A stretch of 64,000 bases of DNA from positions 465-64,464 of the forward strand of contig SUUT01000002.1 in NCBI GenBank assembly GCA_015062385.1. The letters run 5' to 3'. Shown piece by piece: positions 58,701-64,000 of this stretch. This stretch comes from Alphaproteobacteria bacterium (GTDB lineage Bacteria > Pseudomonadota > Alphaproteobacteria > CAAHEQ01 > UBA3637). A program made the translations under genes and the position numbers. Each line of letters begins with the position of its first letter. Position 1 is the stretch's first letter. Under the pieces are notes generated by a model. It was not told the origin of the DNA, made no database searches, and saw only the letters and a program-made list of their open reading frames with translations.

Positions 58701-60956
58701 ATGATATCAGTACTATCGGTTAATACAGTAGATGCTATTTGTCGGGGACAATATTACGGTGATATTTTTGCCGTTTTGGGAATGCATCGTTCTGTTGATG
58801 AAGATAATCAATCGTTTATTTGTATTCGTACGTTTCAGCCACAGGCAAAAAATGTGACGGTTGTTCGGTTGGATACAAAAGAATTGTTACCGATGAAACG
58901 TATCCATGCGGATGGCTTGTTTCAATTGGATATTCCATCAACGGAATTTTTTGCCTATTATTTTAAAATAGAATTACATTCCGGTTTGATTTATGATACC
59001 GAAGATGCCTATCGTTTTTTGCCTGTTTTGGGTGAAATGGATTTGTATTTATATAATGAAGGAAATCATAAAGATATTTATGAAAAATTAGGCTCTCACT
59101 TAATCACACATCAAGGAGTAAACGGTGTAAGTTTTGCTGTTTGGGCACCAAATGCAAAACGAGTCAGTGTTGTCGGTAATTTTAATGATTGGGATGGTCG
59201 GCGGCATATGATGCGTCAGCGAGGCAGTTCCGGTATTTGGGAAATTTTTATTCCGCATTTGCCGGAATGGAGTATTTATAAATACGAAATTATCGGTGCC
59301 GATGGTAGATTGCTACCATTAAAAATTGATCCGTTTGGTTCTGTTTTTGAAATGCGACCAAAAACAGGAACACTTGTTTTTGATTCAAAACGTTATCAAT
59401 GGAAAGATTCACTTTGGATGGGGCAGGGTAGATACAAAGCTAATTCGCCCTCTGAACCGATTTCAATTTATGAAGTTCATCTGGGGTCTTGGCGTCGTAA
59501 TTCTACCGAAGATAATCGTTGGCTGACTTATCGTGAAATGGCAGAAGAATTACCGAATTATGTTAAAAATCTCGGATTTACACATGTTGAATTTTTACCG
59601 CTTTCTGAATATCCCTTTGACGGTTCATGGGGATATCAGGTGACGGGTATGTATGCTCCGACTAGCAGATATGGTACACCGGATGATTTTAAATATCTGA
59701 TTGATTCGTTACACCAGGCCGGTATCGGTGTTATTATGGATTGGGTTCCGGCTCACTTTCCGAAAGATGCGTTCGGCTTGGCTGAATATGATGGAACGGC
59801 TTTGTATGAGCATCAGGACCCTCGTAAAGGTGAGCATAAAGATTGGGGAACAAAAATTTATAATTATGGGCGGAATGAGGTATCCAATTTTTTATTAGCA
59901 AATGCGTTGTTTTGGATTCGTGAATATCATATTGATGCTTTGCGGGTAGATGCTGTTGCCAGTATGCTTTATTTAGATTATTCCCGTCAGGACGGAGAAT
60001 GGATACCTAATCAATATGGTGGACGGGAAAATTTGGAAGCTATCTCTTTTTTACGTCGTTTAAATGAGTGGGTTTACGGGGAAAATGCCGGAGCAACCAC
60101 GTTTGCCGAAGAATCAACCGCTTGGCCGATGGTTTCTAAACCGACATATATTGGTGGATTAGGTTTTGGATATAAATGGAATATGGGTTGGATGCATGAT
60201 ACGTTGGAATACATGCATTATGATTCCATTTATCGTAAATACCATCAAAATGAATTAACATTTAGTTTCTTATACGCTTTTTCGGAGAATTTTACACTGC
60301 CTCTTTCGCATGATGAAGTTGTGCATGGTAAAGGACCAATGTATGATAAAATGCCAGGGGATAATTGGCAAAAATTAGCTAATTTGCGGTTGTATTATGC
60401 GTATATGTTTATGCACCCCGGTAAAAAATTGCTTTTTATGGGGAATGAGTTGGGTGTAAAACGTGAATGGAATTATGCGGATAGTTTAGATTGGAGTTTA
60501 TTAGCTGATGCAGGGCATGCCGGATTGAATAAGTTGATTGGCGAATTAAATCATTTTTATCGTTCTCATCCGGAATTATATGATTACGATTTTGATGAAA
60601 AAGGCTTTGAATGGATTGATGGGAGTGATGTTCAAAATTCCGTATTTACGTTTATGCGTAAAAGTAAAACAGGAAAAACCTTAATTGTTGCTTGTAATTT
60701 TACGCCGGTTATTCGCAAAAATTATCGGATAGGTGTCAATGAAGAAGGGACTTATCAGGAAATTTTAAATACGGATGATAAACAATTCGGCGGGTCCGGT
60801 TTAAAAAATACGCAATTATTAAAAACGGGGGCTGGTTGGAATTTTAAACCGTATGCCATTACAACGGATTTACCACCGTTAGCTGTTGTTGTTTTTGAGT
60901 TGACAGACTCTAAAAATGCATTATATGAAAGGAATACTTCACAAAAAGAGGGATAA
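58701..60956 (+). CDS. glgB: 1,4-alpha-glucan branching enzyme
   Basis: GH13 motifs (DWVPAHF, GFRVDAV-like IDALRVDAVASMLY, FAEESTAWP) and a CBM48 region. Confidence 0.95.
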   Translation: MISVLSVNTVDAICRGQYYGDIFAVLGMHRSVDEDNQSFICIRTFQPQAKNVTVVRLDTKELLPMKRIHADGLFQLDIPSTEFFAYYFKIELHSGLIYDTEDAYRFLPVLGEMDLYLYNEGNHKDIYEKLGSHLITHQGVNGVSFAVWAPNAKRVSVVGNFNDWDGRRHMMRQRGSSGIWEIFIPHLPEWSIYKYEIIGADGRLLPLKIDPFGSVFEMRPKTGTLVFDSKRYQWKDSLWMGQGRYKANSPSEPISIYEVHLGSWRRNSTEDNRWLTYREMAEELPNYVKNLGFTHVEFLPLSEYPFDGSWGYQVTGMYAPTSRYGTPDDFKYLIDSLHQAGIGVIMDWVPAHFPKDAFGLAEYDGTALYEHQDPRKGEHKDWGTKIYNYGRNEVSNFLLANALFWIREYHIDALRVDAVASMLYLDYSRQDGEWIPNQYGGRENLEAISFLRRLNEWVYGENAGATTFAEESTAWPMVSKPTYIGGLGFGYKWNMGWMHDTLEYMHYDSIYRKYHQNELTFSFLYAFSENFTLPLSHDEVVHGKGPMYDKMPGDNWQKLANLRLYYAYMFMHPGKKLLFMGNELGVKREWNYADSLDWSLLADAGHAGLNKLIGELNHFYRSHPELYDYDFDEKGFEWIDGSDVQNSVFTFMRKSKTGKTLIVACNFTPVIRKNYRIGVNEEGTYQEILNTDDKQFGGSGLKNTQLLKTGAGWNFKPYAITTDLPPLAVVVFELTDSKNALYERNTSQKEG

Positions 60957-62993
60957 ATGCCGTATCAAGTATTAAAAGGCTTGCCCTATCCACTGGGGGC
61001 ACAATATGATGGAAAAGGCGTTAATTTCGCTTTATTTTCCGCTCATGCAACAAAAGTTGAATTGTGCCTGTTTGATATAACGGAAAAAAAGGAAGAACGA
61101 ATTGTTCTTCCGGAATATACAGATGAAGTTTTCCACGGTTATGTTGTCGGAATAAAACCGGGGCAAAGATACGGATATCGGGTGTACGGACCCTACTGTC
61201 CGGAACAGGGAATGCGATTTAATCCCAATAAATTATTAATAGATCCGTATGCTCGTCAACTAACGGGACCGATAACGGCTCATAATGCAATGTTAGGCTA
61301 TACGGTTGGTTCCCCGCAGACAGATTTGTCATTTTCCCGTCGCAATTCGGCTCAGTTTGTTCCAAAATGCATTGTGGTAGATGATAATGCGTTTGATTGG
61401 AAAAATATTCAAAAACCCTGTATTCCTTGGGATGAAGAACTGATTTATGAAACGCATTTAAAAGGTTTTACAGCCCGTAATCCGGAAATTGATATGGCTT
61501 TACGAGGAACGTTTGCTGGTATGAGTAGTAAAGCCGCTGTTAGTTATATTAAATCATTGGGTGTGAAGAGTATAGAATTATTACCAATTGCTTCGTTTAT
61601 GACTTCCGGATTTTTGCAGGAAAAGGGATTAACCAATTATTGGGGATATGATCCGATTGCTTTTATGGCTCCGCATGCTCCGTATTTATCCAGTCAAAAT
61701 TTAAATGAAATGAAACATATGGTTCGTGTATTTCACGAAGCTTGTGTTGAAGTGTTGCTTGATGTGGTTTATAATCATACAGGTGAGGGGAATCAAATGG
61801 GGCAAACCTTGTGTTATCGAGGGATAGATAATGCTGTTTATTATCGCTTGAATAAAGATAATCCCCGTTATTATGAAGATACAACCGGTTGCGGGGCTTC
61901 TTTTAATTTAGGACATCCACGTGTTTTGCAATTAGTCATGGATTCATTACGTTATTGGGCAAATTTAGTTCAAATTGACGGATTTAGATTCGATTTAGCG
62001 ACAACACTTGCTCGGGATAATAACAATCAATATGCTATTAACAGTGACTTTTTGGCAACTGTTCAACAAGATCCAACCTTGCAACGTTTAAAGTTAATTG
62101 CTGAACCATGGGATTTAGGATGGGGAGGCTATCAGGTTGGCTCATTTCGTCCCGGTTGGGCTGAATGGAATGATAAGTTTCGAGATACAATGCGTCGCTT
62201 TTGGAAAGGAGATGAGGGACAGGCCAAGGATTTTGCTTTTCGTTTAACCGGTTCATCGGACGTTTATCGCCGGCGAGGTAGAAAACCGTGGGAATCTGTT
62301 AATTTTATTACGGCACACGATGGTTTTTCTTTATGTGATTTAGTTTCTTATAACCAAAAACATAATGAAGCAAATGGCGAAAATAATAAGGATGGGACAA
62401 ATCATAATGTTTCATGGAATAGTGGGGTAGAGGGTAAAACAACCAAGCGAGCCGTTTTGAAAAATCGAGAACAACGAGCAAGAGCTTTAATGGCAACTTT
62501 ATTGTTATCGTTTGGGACTCCGATGATACGGGGTGGGGATGAAATCTTGTTTTCTCAGGAAGGAAATAATAATACCTATGCACAGGATAATCATTTGTCA
62601 TGGGTTAATTGGGTAAATATCAAACTGGAGGGAAAACGGATGTTAAAATTGGTAAAGGATTTGATTAAATTCCGTCATTCGCATCCTGTTATGAATTACA
62701 GTTATTTTTTTGATGTTGAAAAATGCGTTTGGTATCGACCGGATGCACAGCCGATGTCTGAAACAGATTGGGCTCATTTTGTGCGTTCTGTTTCGTGTTT
62801 AATATATAATGAAAACAATTTATTGTATTTTGTTTTTAATGCTTTTAATGAAGAAATAAAATATCAGTTACCACCCCCTAAAAATCATCAATGGAAATTG
62901 GTTTTAGATACAACGGATACGTTATCGACTAATGCCGTATATAATGAATTTTTGGCACCGGCATGGAGTGTTTTGGTTTTTGAAGAAGAATAA
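60957..62993 (+). CDS. glgX: Glycogen debranching enzyme
   Basis: GH13 subfamily motifs (YNHTGEG, DGFRFDLATTLAR, AEPWDLG, FITAHDGFSL). Confidence 0.93.
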   Translation: MPYQVLKGLPYPLGAQYDGKGVNFALFSAHATKVELCLFDITEKKEERIVLPEYTDEVFHGYVVGIKPGQRYGYRVYGPYCPEQGMRFNPNKLLIDPYARQLTGPITAHNAMLGYTVGSPQTDLSFSRRNSAQFVPKCIVVDDNAFDWKNIQKPCIPWDEELIYETHLKGFTARNPEIDMALRGTFAGMSSKAAVSYIKSLGVKSIELLPIASFMTSGFLQEKGLTNYWGYDPIAFMAPHAPYLSSQNLNEMKHMVRVFHEACVEVLLDVVYNHTGEGNQMGQTLCYRGIDNAVYYRLNKDNPRYYEDTTGCGASFNLGHPRVLQLVMDSLRYWANLVQIDGFRFDLATTLARDNNNQYAINSDFLATVQQDPTLQRLKLIAEPWDLGWGGYQVGSFRPGWAEWNDKFRDTMRRFWKGDEGQAKDFAFRLTGSSDVYRRRGRKPWESVNFITAHDGFSLCDLVSYNQKHNEANGENNKDGTNHNVSWNSGVEGKTTKRAVLKNREQRARALMATLLLSFGTPMIRGGDEILFSQEGNNNTYAQDNHLSWVNWVNIKLEGKRMLKLVKDLIKFRHSHPVMNYSYFFDVEKCVWYRPDAQPMSETDWAHFVRSVSCLIYNENNLLYFVFNAFNEEIKYQLPPPKNHQWKLVLDTTDTLSTNAVYNEFLAPAWSVLVFEEE

Positions 62994-63005
62994 CGGAGGG
63001 TATAT

Positions 63006-64000
63006 ATGCCGTATGATGAAACAAAACTGAATGAGTTATCGGAGAAATTAGGGATACTGTTATCATTTACCGATTTTGGTACCGGTATGGTTTATATAGC
63101 TGACAGCAAATCCAAACGAGCAATTTGTACGGCAATGGGGTATCCGGCACAAACAAATAAAGCTGTTTTGAAATCTTTGGAAAAGTATGAGAAAGAACAA
63201 TGGTTATGTCAAACAGCTCCGACAGATGTTGTATATGATACACAAATCAGTCCGTTTATTTTTGAAATGAGCTTGCCCAAAGCTTATGAACAAGATAAAA
63301 TTTTATTTCAGCTAAAACGGGAAGACGGGACTTATTTTGACGGTTATTTCTTTTTTAAAGATATGCCTTTGATTGCAGAAAAAAACATTGATGAGACTAT
63401 TTATCAAAAACGACGAATTTATTTATTTATAGAGGTATCGCTTGGGTATCATTCTATGCACTTTCAATTAAGGGATGGAACTTGTTTTGATAAATACTTA
63501 ATTGTTGTTCCGAAACAATGTTATCAACCGGCATTTGTTCAAGAAGGCAAACATATTTATGGATTTCCGTTGCAACTGTATGCGTTACGTTCCCAAAAAA
63601 ATTGGGGAATAGGTGATTTTTCGGATTTAAAATCATTTATTCCGATTGCTGAGAAGGTTGGAGCGGATGTAATTGGCGTTAATCCGTTAAATGTATTATT
63701 TGCGGATACACCGGAAGATGCTAGTCCATATTGTGCATCCTCCCGTCTGTTTTTAAATCCGCTATATGCCGATATAACGGCAATATCCGAAATACAAGAT
63801 TTAAAAGAATCCGAACGAATAGGTATGACGGAATATATTCAGTCTTTGCAAAATAATCTGCAGGTGCAGTATACAGCTGTTTCTTCTTTAAAGGAAGTAT
63901 ATTTTGAAAAATTGTATCGGATATTTTGCGAAAAAAATTTTGATGAGACAGGTCAGCCTATAACAAAAAGAGGAACGGATTTTATTTCTTTTTGTCATGA
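63006..64000 (+). CDS. malQ: 4-alpha-glucanotransferase (amylomaltase), 5' part; runs off the window
   Basis: It is not in the ORF track because no stop is reached. The ATG at 63006 lies behind RBS ggaggg. I read the frame codon by codon from 63006 to ~63570 and found no stop; the rest to 64000 was not checked in the same way. It contains GFPLQLYALRSQKNWGIGDFSDL...GVNPLNVLFADTPEDASPYCASSRLFLNPLY. Confidence 0.85.
   Translation, partial: MPYDETKLNELSEKLGILLSFTDFGTGMVYIADSKSKRAICTAMGYPAQTNKAVLKSLEKYEKEQWLCQTAPTDVVYDTQISPFIFEMSLPKAYEQDKILFQLKREDGTYFDGYFFFKDMPLIAEKNIDETIYQKRRIYLFIEVSLGYHSMHFQLRDGTCFDKYLIVVPKQCYQPAFVQEGKHIYGFPLQLYALRSQKNWGIGDFSDLKSFIPIAEKVGADVIGVNPLNVLFADTPEDASPYCASSRLFLNPLYADITAISEIQDLKESERIGMTEYIQSLQNNLQVQYTAVSSLKEVYFEKLYRIFCEKNFDETGQPITKRGTDFISFCH

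Overview
This is an AT-rich bacterial chromosome segment. The gene content and local synteny point to a proteobacterium, most likely a host-associated or gut alphaproteobacterium; this is an inference from the CcrM-type methyltransferase, yqeY-dnaG-rpoD, dksA-maf-RNase E/G-like-yacG, ppdK and ankyrin proteins. Housekeeping genes: lexA, alr, rmuC, aspS, rpoD, dnaG, ccrM, rpsF-rpsR-rplI, ppdK, glgB-glgX-malQ, and three tRNAs (Gln, initiator Met, Phe). A complete N-type ATPase operon (atpD-C-Q-R-B-E-F-A-G) is present, and its c subunit carries a Na+-site signature. Four accessory features stand out. (1) Two tRNA genes are each followed by tandem arrays of structured 173-195 bp units, and every unit re-uses the last 17-21 nt of its own tRNA plus the tRNA's terminator. 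The two arrays share a sequence core. (2) Three large cysteine-rich proteins carry type IV pilin-like leaders (G|RSM(L/V)E). Each gene is preceded by the same ~150 bp AT-rich module bounded by a perfect inverted repeat (A4-7GGGAC / GTCCCT4-7). Flipping that module would assemble a TTGCA(T/A)-17 bp-TATAAT/TACACT promoter, so it is a candidate invertible (phase-variable) promoter. (3) A membrane-anchored 668-aa protein is built from the same C-x2-C-P-N-R type cysteine module. (4) A 2797-aa protein is made of at least a dozen copies of an unrecognised ~55-aa domain, with a small paralog and an ankyrin protein next to it. No recombinase, reverse transcriptase, CRISPR array or intact mobile element is visible in the window; only an IS110-family transposase remnant is present.
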